Shown: piece after piece, positions 17,539-26,342 of the stretch
How positions within the stretch are numbered: position 1 is the stretch's first letter
Layout of the letters: each line of letters begins with the position of its first letter
Assembly: GCA_963695545.1 (NCBI GenBank)
Contig: OY968796.1
Span: 2,528,001-2,592,000 of the forward strand
DNA from: Terriglobia bacterium
GTDB taxonomy: Bacteria > Acidobacteriota > Terriglobia > Acidiferrales > UBA7541
Length of the DNA: 64,000 nt
Reading direction: 5' to 3'
Program-made: the position numbers and the translations under genes
The notes under the pieces: generated by a model
Database searches by the model: none
What the model saw: only the letters and a program-made list of their open reading frames with translations
Told to the model about the DNA's origin: nothing

Positions 17539-20228
17539 CGCCGGGCACGAAGCTCGGACCTTACGAGGTCGTTGCTGCGCTCGGCGCTGGCGGCATGGGC
17601 GAAGTCTATCGCGCGCGCGATCCGCGCCTCTCGCGCGAAGTCGCCATCAAAGTCCTCCCCGCGCATCTTTCCGCCGAACCGCATCTCCGCGAGCGCTTCG
17701 AGCGCGAAGCCCGCGCCATCTCCGCCCTCAATCATCCCCACATCTGCACGCTCTACGACATCGGCCGCGAAGGCGACACTGATTTCCTCGTGATGGAACT
17801 CGTCGAAGGCGAAACGCTCGCCGCGCGCATCGAAAAAGGCCCGCTTCCTTCCGACCAAGTCCTGCGCCTCGGCTCGGAAATCGCCGACGCCCTCGATAAA
17901 GCGCACCGCCTCGGCATCACGCATCGCGATCTCAAGCCCGGCAACATCATGCTCACGAAATCAGGAATCAAACTCCTCGATTTCGGCCTCGCAAAATTCT
18001 CCGCGCCCGCCGCCGCGGGCGCCGTCCCCGACGCCGCGACCATGCTCACCACCAGACTTCCCGCAGTCCCATCCAAACCGCTCACGCAAGAAGGCAGCAT
18101 CGTCGGCACCTACCAATACATGTCGCCCGAACAACTCGAAGGCGCCGAAGCCGACGCCCGCTCCGACATTTTTTCTTTCGGCGCCGTGCTCTACGAAATG
18201 GCCACCGGCAAACGAGCCTTCGACGGAAAAACCACCGCCAGCGTAATCGCCGCCGTGCTCGCCGCCGAACCCAAGCCCATCTCCGCGCTCCAGCCCATGA
18301 CGCCGCCCGCGCTCGAGCGCCTGGTGAAAATCTGCCTCGCGAAAGATCCCGACGAGCGCTTCCAAAGCGCCCACGATCTCAGCCTGCAACTCAAATGGAT
18401 TTCCGAAGCCGGCTCGCAAGCCGGTGTCGCCGCGCCCGTCGCCGCGCACCGCCGCAGCCGCGAAAAAATCGCCTGGGCGCTCGCCGCCGCGGGTCTGCTC
18501 CTCGCCGCCGTTCTGGCGCTCGTCTTCGCTCGCTCCTACCTGAACCAGCCCCAGCCGCGCGTCACGCGCTTTCTCATCTCCCCGCCTTCCGAGGTCGCGA
18601 GTTGGTTGACCACGACACTTTCGCCGGATGGTCGTCTCCTGGCGCTTGTGGGTGTCTCCAAGGATGGAACGCGAAGAATTTGGCTGCGGCCGCTCGATAG
18701 TGTCGCCGCACAACCCTTGCCCGGAACGGAAGGCGCGCTTTCCCCTTTTTGGTCGCCCGACGGCCTCTATCTCGGCTACTTCGACCTTGACGACGGCACT
18801 CTGAAAAAAGTGGCCGTCTCCGGCGGATCTCCCCAGACACTTTGTAATATCGCGCGAGCCAGTTTGGCAAGCTGGAGTGCCGACGGCGTGATTCTCTTCA
18901 CTCCCGCTTTCCTCAGCCCGATTTGGAAAGTCTCCGCCGCCGGCGGCGCGCCCAGCCAGGTGACCACTCTGGACCATTCACTCGGGGAAGTCTCACACGG
19001 CTACCCTTGGTTCCTGCCGGATGGCCGGCATTTCCTTTACATTTCATTTCGCTCCGCCACGGTCACCGAGTTGTGGCTTTGCGTCGGTTCGCTCGATTCA
19101 AAGGAAACGAATTGTCTGGAGCGCGTCGAGTCACCCGCCGCATACGCTACGCCGGGAGATCTCCTCTACTTGCGTGGAGGAACCCTGATGGCTCAGCCGT
19201 TCGACGCCCACGGACAGAAAATCACGGGCGACGCCGTACCCCTTGCCGACAGCGTGGAGCCTTACGTGCTCGGCAGCCCCGCGACCACTGTGCTGGCCTT
19301 TTCGGCTTCCGAAAACGGCATCCTGTCTTACATTGTCGGGGGACCGCCCGATCAGTTCGAGCTCCATTGGTTTGATCGAAGCGGGAAAAACCTCGGGACG
19401 CTTGGGCAGCCCGCCAGCTACTCCGGTCCGGCGCTCTCGCCTGACGGAACACGAGTCGCCGTGGCTATCATGGACCTGCAAGCCAAGGCCCGCGATCTTT
19501 GGGTCTTCGATTTGAAACGCGGCACAAACTCGCGCCTCACCTTCGATCCTGCCGATGAATTGGCCCCTATCTGGTCCCGTGACGCCAGCCAAATCCTGTT
19601 CTCGTCGGAGCTAAAGGGAGCTCGCGACATTTACGAAAAGGCGGCCAGCGGCCTCGGCGATTCCCAGCTCGTTTTCCAATCGAACGATCAGCGGAAAAGC
19701 GTGAATGACTGGTCGCCCGACGGTCGCTACGTCGTCTACGATCTTTCTACTCCGCCGACCAGCCTCTGGGTTTTGCCCCTTTTCGGCGATCGCAAACCTT
19801 TTCCCTTTATTCAGGGCGCTTACGACGCCAGAGAGGCGCGCTTCTCGCCCAACGGCCGCTTCATCGCCTACACCTCGAGCGAAACGGGAAACTATGAGGT
19901 ATACGTCCAGACGTTTCCGGACCGCAGCGGCAAATGGCAGGTCTCTACCGCCGGCGGCACCTACCCCGTCTGGCGGCGCGACGGCAAGGAACTTTATTTC
20001 GTTTCTAGCGGAGAGCTCATGGCCGTTGACGTCACGACCGACGGGCCACAGTTTGAAGCCGGCATCCCCAAACCTCTCTTCTCCGCCGACTTTCGTCCCG
20101 GCAATTGGAGTTCGGTTTACGCGCCCACCGCCGACGGCCAGCGCTTCCTCGCCCTCACCACCGTCGAGCAGCAATCCATTTCTCCCATCGCCGTCGTCAC
20201 CAATTGGCCCGCGTCTCTGAAGCCCTGA
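17532..20228 (+). CDS. Hanks-type Ser/Thr protein kinase with TM helix and TolB/PD40-like beta-propeller
   Basis: LGAGGMGEVY, VAIKVL, HRDLKPGN, DFGLAK and GTYQYMSPEQ; TM segment; repeated SPDG/WSxDG blades. Confidence 0.93.
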   Translation: MLTPGTKLGPYEVVAALGAGGMGEVYRARDPRLSREVAIKVLPAHLSAEPHLRERFEREARAISALNHPHICTLYDIGREGDTDFLVMELVEGETLAARIEKGPLPSDQVLRLGSEIADALDKAHRLGITHRDLKPGNIMLTKSGIKLLDFGLAKFSAPAAAGAVPDAATMLTTRLPAVPSKPLTQEGSIVGTYQYMSPEQLEGAEADARSDIFSFGAVLYEMATGKRAFDGKTTASVIAAVLAAEPKPISALQPMTPPALERLVKICLAKDPDERFQSAHDLSLQLKWISEAGSQAGVAAPVAAHRRSREKIAWALAAAGLLLAAVLALVFARSYLNQPQPRVTRFLISPPSEVASWLTTTLSPDGRLLALVGVSKDGTRRIWLRPLDSVAAQPLPGTEGALSPFWSPDGLYLGYFDLDDGTLKKVAVSGGSPQTLCNIARASLASWSADGVILFTPAFLSPIWKVSAAGGAPSQVTTLDHSLGEVSHGYPWFLPDGRHFLYISFRSATVTELWLCVGSLDSKETNCLERVESPAAYATPGDLLYLRGGTLMAQPFDAHGQKITGDAVPLADSVEPYVLGSPATTVLAFSASENGILSYIVGGPPDQFELHWFDRSGKNLGTLGQPASYSGPALSPDGTRVAVAIMDLQAKARDLWVFDLKRGTNSRLTFDPADELAPIWSRDASQILFSSELKGARDIYEKAASGLGDSQLVFQSNDQRKSVNDWSPDGRYVVYDLSTPPTSLWVLPLFGDRKPFPFIQGAYDAREARFSPNGRFIAYTSSETGNYEVYVQTFPDRSGKWQVSTAGGTYPVWRRDGKELYFVSSGELMAVDVTTDGPQFEAGIPKPLFSADFRPGNWSSVYAPTADGQRFLALTTVEQQSISPIAVVTNWPASLKP

Positions 20229-20332
20229 CCATTCGATCCCACGCGGTCCCTCCTCAGCGCGACGCGAAGAGGCGCCAAAATTGTGGCGAGCGCGGAATCC
20301 CCAGTAAGACCGCAAGCCGGCTTTTGCCTTTT

Positions 20333-20643
20333 GTAGCGGAGGCCTTCAGGCCTCCATCTTGCATTTCCATGGTTGCGATGTAGCGTTAATTCATGCAACG
20401 GAAGCCGCCTAGGCCCCCATCTCGCTGTCGTGTTCTTGCGCCACCTCCGCCGTACCCCTCAAACTCTCCGCCGTCTGACCCAAACGCCCTCGACCCCCCC
20501 CGCCACTCCGCGCCAAAATCGCGCCCCATTCCAAAACCGGCCCCGTAGGGGCGGCACATTTTAGCCCAGGGCGGAAGCCCTGGGTACGAATGCCCCCAAT
20601 ATTTCTCTTCAATTGTTTTCTGTAAGCCCCGTAGGGGCGACAC
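20333..20643 (+). repeat. Cluster of REP-like palindromes (GTAG type)
   Basis: GTAGC-GGAGGCC-TTCA-GGCCTCC (20333-55); GCCCCGTAGGGGC twice (20540-52, 20626-38); CCCAGGGC-GGAA-GCCCTGGG (20565-84). Confidence 0.7.
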
Positions 20644-20723
20644 AATCTGTTCGAATGCCACCCGCGAGCGTCCTCCAACTCTTTTCGAAAACCTCATTCG
20701 AACACTATACTCATAAAATAACA

Positions 20724-20762
20724 TTGACATGTATTGACTCGTATGCTATAAGATGGTATGAA
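20724..20762 (+). promoter_or_regulatory. Tandem sigma70-like promoters heading the 29-bp-array element
   Basis: TTGACA(20724)-N17-TATAAG and TTGACT(20734)-N17-TATGAA, each with extended -10 TG, in an AT-rich context. Confidence 0.65.
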
Positions 20763-20864
20763 AACGCAACAATTCCTCGAATCGCCCCTCTCTCTTCACG
20801 TCCCCGCACCATCTCGCGTCCCCACCCTCGCCAAACCCGCCACTCTTTTGCATCAAACCCCCTC

Positions 20865-21015
20865 TGCAACCCACTTGTTTTCAGTCTCTTGCAAAAGAGT
20901 GCGCAACTCACTCAAAACAATAAACATTAGATCCCTTTGTTTTCAGACTCATCCGCACTCTTTCCCTGCATCACATTTATTTTCATGCACTTACGCAAAA
21001 CATACCCGGGGTGTA
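20865..21015 (+). repeat. Array of four degenerate 29-bp quasi-palindromes plus TACCCGGGGTGTA end motif (copy 1)
   Basis: Units at 20865-893, 20902-930 (inverted), 20927-955 and 20967-995 share a central TTRTTTTSA core; end motif at 21003-15. Confidence 0.7.
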
Positions 21016-21084
21016 TATACCGCCCCGAATCACCTCATGAAAATCCTCCGCCAACCCGTATCCGCGCCTCGGCCGTATGCACTT

Positions 21085-21109
21085 GTAGGGGCTCGGCTTG
21101 CCCCCACCC
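21085..21109 (+). repeat. REP-like palindrome
   Basis: GTAGGGGC-TCGGCTT-GCCCC. Confidence 0.5.
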
Positions 21110-21168
21110 GCCCTTATTTAGTCGCTAGATTCACAACACGGACGAACACGCAACTCAGAGAAGGAGAC

Positions 21169-21945
21169 CTAAGAAAAAATGTGCAGCAGTCGGCGCAGCG
21201 TCGCCGAATCCAGGCGCGTCAACCCAACCGCCACCGCCATCACCAGCACCCCGACCAAAGTGAGAATCATCACCGACGGGCTAGGCGATCGCCGGTGCGC
21301 CTCAGGCAGCAAATCCGAAGTCGCCGTGTAGAGGAAGAATCCCGATGCCAGCGCCAGAAAAACCGCCAGCCATTTCGGCGATGGCAAAAACACCAGCGCC
21401 AAAATCGCGCCGCCGACCGGCGCGATCGCATCCAAACCGAGAAAAACGTAATCGACGATGCGCGCGTCTTCGCCGTGCGTCACCAGCATCATGGTGTTGA
21501 GCCCGTCGCTCATATCGTGCGCGATGATCGCCAGCGCCACCACCGCGCCCACCCGCCAGCTCACCAGCGTGGCCGCGCCGATCGCCGCGCCGTCCAGCGT
21601 GCTGTGCGCGATCAGTCCCACCGCGCTCATGCGCCCCATGTGACGATGCGCTTCGTTCGCGCAATCGCCTTCCGGGCACGCGTGCAAAATCAAAATGCGC
21701 TCCAAAACATAAAACCCCATAAAGCCGATCACCAGCACCACGAACATCTCTCGCGCGCTCCAGCCCTGCGATTGCGCCGCGTCCACCGATTCCGGCAGCA
21801 GATCGAAAAACGTCGCGCCCAGCAGCATCCCCGCGCCCACGCCCAGCAGCAAATGCGCGCGTTTCTGCCCGTACACCGCAACCAAGCCGCCGAGCAGGGT
21901 GGACACCATCGCGCACGCGCTCAAAAGCAGCGCGGCAGATTCCAC
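21169..21945 (-). CDS. ZIP-family (ZupT-like) metal transporter
   Basis: Multiple TMs; His/Cys loop HACPEGDCANEAHRH; HSTLDG, AHDMSDG and SDLLPEAH. Start uncertain (GTG 21945 or ATG 21996). Confidence 0.85.
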   Translation of the reverse strand: MESAALLLSACAMVSTLLGGLVAVYGQKRAHLLLGVGAGMLLGATFFDLLPESVDAAQSQGWSAREMFVVLVIGFMGFYVLERILILHACPEGDCANEAHRHMGRMSAVGLIAHSTLDGAAIGAATLVSWRVGAVVALAIIAHDMSDGLNTMMLVTHGEDARIVDYVFLGLDAIAPVGGAILALVFLPSPKWLAVFLALASGFFLYTATSDLLPEAHRRSPSPSVMILTLVGVLVMAVAVGLTRLDSATLRRLLHIFS

Positions 21946-22085
21946 CCGCGTTGTGCGCGCGCCTACGACTTCGCCGAGTACGCTCCATGCCATCATGCGG
22001 GGGAGAGGATACCACCCTTGCAATTTAAGAAGTGCGACCGCAGCGCCGAATTTTGCGCCTGCGGAGACTATGTTAGGGTTAAGCC

Positions 22086-22940
22086 ATGACGCTACTTCAC
22101 GTAATCATTCTCGCCGTGATTCAAGGCTTGACGGAATTGCTGCCCGTCTCGAGCTCGGCGCACGTCGTTGTCGCCGAAAAATTGATGGGCATGGACGCGT
22201 CCTCGCCCGAGATGACGCTGCTTCTGATCATGCTGCACACCGGCACCATGTTTGCCGTGATCGTTTATTTCTGGAAGCAGTGGCGCGAAGCCTATTTCGC
22301 CAGCGTCGAAGCCTTCGTGCAGTCCGCCTGGCTCGTCATCCTGGCCACCGCGATTACCGGCGTGATCGGCGAGGGCCTGGTAAAGATCATCGAACACTTC
22401 ACGCATGCCGATGTCGAGCAACTCTTCGATCATCTTGAATTGATCGCGCCGGCGCTCGCCGTCGTCGGAATACTGATCTTGCTTGCCGGCAGCGTCGAAA
22501 AGCGTTTGCCCTCCGCAAATTCAAAGGACGCAGTCGGTTTGAATTCTGGCCAGGCCGCGCTGATCGGCGCGGTGCAGGGATTGTCGCTGCCGTTCCGCGG
22601 TCTTTCGCGTTCCGGCGCCACGATTTCAACCGGCATGCTCGCCGGCGTCGCGAAAAAGCGCGCGGAAACATTCAGTTTCGCTCTCGCCGTGCTTGTGACG
22701 CCGCCCGTAATCGCGCGCGAAGCCTGGCGATACATCAGGGCCGAGCACCCCGGCGTGAGTCTGAGTTTCGGAGCGGCGACGGTGCCGATCCTCACCGGAA
22801 CGCTCTGCGCATTTCTCGCTGGTCTCGTCGCGCTCAAATGGTTAAGCGGATGGCTCGAGGGTGGCCGCTGGTATTTATTCGGAATTTATTGCTTGGTCGC
22901 AGCCGCCGCCGTCATGGCCTTGCACCACGCGGGCTATTAG
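22086..22940 (+). CDS. uppP: Undecaprenyl-diphosphate phosphatase (BacA/UppP)
   Basis: IQGLTELLPVSSSAH, LHTGT and GLSRSGATI. Confidence 0.9.
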   Translation: MTLLHVIILAVIQGLTELLPVSSSAHVVVAEKLMGMDASSPEMTLLLIMLHTGTMFAVIVYFWKQWREAYFASVEAFVQSAWLVILATAITGVIGEGLVKIIEHFTHADVEQLFDHLELIAPALAVVGILILLAGSVEKRLPSANSKDAVGLNSGQAALIGAVQGLSLPFRGLSRSGATISTGMLAGVAKKRAETFSFALAVLVTPPVIAREAWRYIRAEHPGVSLSFGAATVPILTGTLCAFLAGLVALKWLSGWLEGGRWYLFGIYCLVAAAAVMALHHAGY

Positions 22941-23908
22941 AAGCCGTAGAGCTTCGCGGGATTGTCGACGAGGATCGTTTTGCGCAGCGCGGCGTCCGGC
23001 GCCCACGTCGCGAACAAATTGAAAAGCCGCCCGTCATCGATCGCGAACAACGGCGCAAGATCGGTGGCCGCGCGGCCCGCCTTGGGAGATGAATCCGGAT
23101 GCGGCCAATCGGTGCCCCACAAAATGCGCTCCGCATTCGCGGCGATCAGCGCCTTCGCCAGCGGCGTGACATCCGTATAATCCGGCGCCTGCGTCGAGCT
23201 GCGATACGCGCCAGAAATTTTCACGTAGGCGTTACCGGCGCGTACCAAACTCAACAGCGTGTCGAATCCCGGCTGCGCCGTCCCCAGCGCGGCCTGCGCC
23301 CCGCCGAAATGATCGAACACCACCGGCACCGGCGACGCCATCACTTGATCCTTCAGCGATTCAATCGCCGAAAGCCGCGTGTAAATTTGCACGTGCAAGT
23401 TGTGCGCCTTGGCGCGCGCAACCATTGCCAAAAAATGTTGGCGCGCCGCCTCGGGATCGGGCGACCCGCCGGCCTCGAAGTTGATTCGCAGTCCGCGAAT
23501 GCCGCCGCGCCACATGGCGTCGAGGTCCCCGTCCGGAATTTGCTCGTCAATCACGGCCACGCCGCGCGCGCTCGCTCCGATTTGTTTCACGGCGTCGAGC
23601 GTCACCGAATTGTCCGTGCCGTAGACGCTGGGCTGCACGATCACCACGCGATCCAAATGCAGCGCCCGATGCATCGCAAGCAGTTCGGCCACCGACGCGG
23701 GCTCCGGCGTGTAGGTGCGCGAAGCCGCAAAAGGGAAGCGCGCCGGCTCGAAAATATGCACGTGGCAATCGCACGCTTCAGCGGGCACGTCGAAATTCAC
23801 CGGCGTGGTTGGCTGCGATGCTGTGGCCAGCGCGAACTCCACAGGTCGAACAAGTGCGGCCGCGCCGGCGATTGCCGCGCCTTTCAGAATGTCGCGTCGG
23901 GAAATCAT
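22937..23908 (-). CDS. Tat-exported amidohydrolase-2 family protein (LigI/lactonase-like)
   Basis: SRRDILK twin-arginine signal; DCHVHIF, VQPSVYGTDN, FDHFG, YVKISG and WGTDWPH. Confidence 0.85.
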   Translation of the reverse strand: MISRRDILKGAAIAGAAALVRPVEFALATASQPTTPVNFDVPAEACDCHVHIFEPARFPFAASRTYTPEPASVAELLAMHRALHLDRVVIVQPSVYGTDNSVTLDAVKQIGASARGVAVIDEQIPDGDLDAMWRGGIRGLRINFEAGGSPDPEAARQHFLAMVARAKAHNLHVQIYTRLSAIESLKDQVMASPVPVVFDHFGGAQAALGTAQPGFDTLLSLVRAGNAYVKISGAYRSSTQAPDYTDVTPLAKALIAANAERILWGTDWPHPDSSPKAGRAATDLAPLFAIDDGRLFNLFATWAPDAALRKTILVDNPAKLYGF

Positions 23909-23961
23909 GCGATACCTCGTAGCGGAATTTTACGGCACGCGGAATCCGCCGCGGTCAGCGG

Positions 23962-24093
23962 TCAAGATGTCGGCGGTTTGTACTCGGGAGGTTTTTGCGC
24001 GATGCGCGAAGTGGTTGGATTCGCGGCGATAACTTTCGGTTTCTCTTTCTTCGGCTTCTTTTTTTCGCGGTTCCGTGCGTCTTTGTTTCCCAT
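23962..24093 (-). CDS. Small Lys-rich protein (43 aa), below the ORF-track cutoff
   Basis: Hand translation: MGNKDARNREKKKPKKEKPKVIAANPTTSRIAQKPPEYKPPTS*. It fills the gap between two co-oriented genes. Confidence 0.55.
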   Translation of the reverse strand: MGNKDARNREKKKPKKEKPKVIAANPTTSRIAQKPPEYKPPTS

Positions 24094-24126
24094 GCGCATA
24101 GCTTGCCACAGGTCGTGTGAATCTGG

Positions 24127-25071
24127 CTAGGGCTTATCGGTCGGCGCAGGCGGCGGTGAGGGCGCGGTGATGGCGGCATCGGCGCGGTACACGCGAACGT
24201 AGTCGACTAGCATATCCGCCGGCGTCGGCGTCGAGTTGTCCGGCCCCGGCGCAGGCCAATCGCCGCCCACGGCCAGATTGAGGATCAGAAAGAATGGCTG
24301 ATTGAACACCCACTGTTTGTCCGCCGGAATATCGGCGGACGTCAGCGTGAAGAAAATTTGCGCGGGATCGTCGCGATACAACTGCAATTTATTTTCGGAC
24401 CAGATCACGCCGTAGATGTGGTAGTTGCCGTCGTCGATCCGCCCGCCGCCCGGGAAAGTGAACTTCGCGTTCTTGGCGCCGCAGCATCCGTCGTAGCCGG
24501 GCCCGTGTTCGGTGCCCGAAGTTGTGGTCGGCGTAAATTGCGGCACCCATTCCATGATGTCCACTTCGCCGCACGCCGGCCACGCCGTGCCGCTAAGCAG
24601 ATCGGAGCCGAGCATCCAGAACGCTGGCCACAATCCGTCGCCCGGTGTGAGTTTGATCCGCGCTTCAATGCGCCCGTACTGCGGCATTTCCGTGTGGCTC
24701 GTGATCATGCGGCCCGAAGTCCACGTGCCGTCCGCCGTGCGCATCGCGCGAATCACCAGGTTGCCGCCGCCGTCCTCGAAAATGTTCGGCGCGGCGGCGC
24801 TGCACGGCGCGACGTCGTCCGAAGGCGCGCAGTAAACCTCCAATTCGTCGTTGTAGTTCTTGCCTTTGTCCTTGAACGTCCAGATGTCGGAACTGGGAGC
24901 GGAACCCGCAGGCCCGTTGAATTCGTCGCTCCAAACCAGCGACCATTTCGTTTGCGCACCGGCCGGCCGCACCGCGACGAAGAACATGAACGTTATCGCC
25001 GCCACGCGGTGCAGCGGCGAGAGACGAAGGTTCCATGCTCCGCGGGAGATGCGTTGATTCGCGATGCGCAT
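24127..25071 (-). CDS. Glycoside hydrolase family 16 (beta-1,3-glucanase-like), exported
   Basis: WSDEFNG, YGRIEARIKL, GLWPAFWMLG, catalytic GEVDIME and ILNLAVGG. Confidence 0.9.
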   Translation of the reverse strand: MRIANQRISRGAWNLRLSPLHRVAAITFMFFVAVRPAGAQTKWSLVWSDEFNGPAGSAPSSDIWTFKDKGKNYNDELEVYCAPSDDVAPCSAAAPNIFEDGGGNLVIRAMRTADGTWTSGRMITSHTEMPQYGRIEARIKLTPGDGLWPAFWMLGSDLLSGTAWPACGEVDIMEWVPQFTPTTTSGTEHGPGYDGCCGAKNAKFTFPGGGRIDDGNYHIYGVIWSENKLQLYRDDPAQIFFTLTSADIPADKQWVFNQPFFLILNLAVGGDWPAPGPDNSTPTPADMLVDYVRVYRADAAITAPSPPPAPTDKP

Positions 25072-25260
25072 CGAGGGGAGGATACCACCTCGGGACGCGG
25101 ACACAAGCGCGGCGAAATTCGGGCGCTGCCGATTTTTTCTGGCCTTTGACTTTTTTCGCCGCACACCCTAGCATTGAATGTTTCATATAGTGCCGCGCCG
25201 CCGATGTGTCTTCAAGCGTCGCAATATTCCACAAGGGCCACGATGGCCCGGAGGTAAGGA

Positions 25261-26265
25261 ATGCCCATTAAGGTTGGTATCAACGGATTCGGGCGAATCG
25301 GGCGCAACATCATGCGCGCGTCGCTAAGCGACCCGTCAATCGAGATTGTGGCCGTGAACGACATCACGGACCCGAAAACGCTGGCGTATCTTCTGAAGTA
25401 CGATTCGACGCTCGGCAATTTGACGCACAACGTCACGCACGGCGCCGATTCGATCGCCGTCGACGGTAAAGCGTTCAAGGTTTTCAAGGTGCGCGATCCC
25501 GGCGAGATCGACTGGCCGTCGGTGGGCGCGGAAATCGTGGTGGAATCGACCGGCTTGTTCACCAAGGGTGAAGAAGCGAAGAAGCATCTGCGCGGCCCGG
25601 TGAAAAAAGTAATTATTTCCGCGCCCGCGACCGGCGAGGACCAGACGCTGGTGCTCGGCGTCAACGACAACGTCTACGATCCCGCGAAGCACAACGTGAT
25701 CTCGAACGCCTCGTGTACCACGAATTGCCTCGCGCCCGTGGCCAAAGTGCTCATCGAAAATTTCGGCATCGTGCACGGCCAGATGACCACCATCCATTCC
25801 TACACCAACGATCAAAAGCTGCTCGATCTGCCGCACAAGGATCTGCGCCGCTCGCGAGCCGCGGCGCTTTCGATGATCCCGACGACCACCGGCGCGGCCA
25901 AAGCGCTCAGCTTGGTGATTCCGTCGCTCAAAGGGAAACTCGATGGCTACTCCATGCGCGTGCCGACGCCGAACGTGAGCGTCGTCGACCTGACGGTCAC
26001 CACCGAGAAGCCGACCATGGTTGAAGCGGTCAACGCGGCCATGAAGCGCGCCGCCGATGGCCCGATGGCGGGCATTCTCGCGTACACCGACGAGGAATTG
26101 GTCTCCATCGATTTCCGCGGCAATTCCAATTCGGCCATCGTCGATGCGGGTTACACCCGCGTGGTCGGGCAAACTTGCGTCAAAGTGCTCGCGTGGTACG
26201 ACAACGAATGGGGCTATTCGTGCCGCGTGCGCGACTTGATCAAATTCGTCGCGGCGAAGCTGTAG
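25261..26265 (+). CDS. gap: Glyceraldehyde-3-phosphate dehydrogenase, type I
   Basis: GINGFGRIGR, NASCTTNCLAP and WYDNEWGY. Confidence 0.98.
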   Translation: MPIKVGINGFGRIGRNIMRASLSDPSIEIVAVNDITDPKTLAYLLKYDSTLGNLTHNVTHGADSIAVDGKAFKVFKVRDPGEIDWPSVGAEIVVESTGLFTKGEEAKKHLRGPVKKVIISAPATGEDQTLVLGVNDNVYDPAKHNVISNASCTTNCLAPVAKVLIENFGIVHGQMTTIHSYTNDQKLLDLPHKDLRRSRAAALSMIPTTTGAAKALSLVIPSLKGKLDGYSMRVPTPNVSVVDLTVTTEKPTMVEAVNAAMKRAADGPMAGILAYTDEELVSIDFRGNSNSAIVDAGYTRVVGQTCVKVLAWYDNEWGYSCRVRDLIKFVAAKL

Positions 26266-26342
26266 CGCATCGCGAAAAATCCGGCCGGCGCGCGAGTTCA
26301 ACGCAATCCGCGCGCCGCGCTGACGCTCATATCTAAATCAAA

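Noticed and set aside
20865..20995. CRISPR array interpretation of the 29-bp repeats
   Set aside because: Units are degenerate, one is inverted, two overlap, the spacers are too short and irregular, and no cas genes are present.
20758..22089. 443-aa ORF starting at the array promoter
   Set aside because: It reads through the repeat array and then antisense to the ZIP transporter; its composition is not protein-like.
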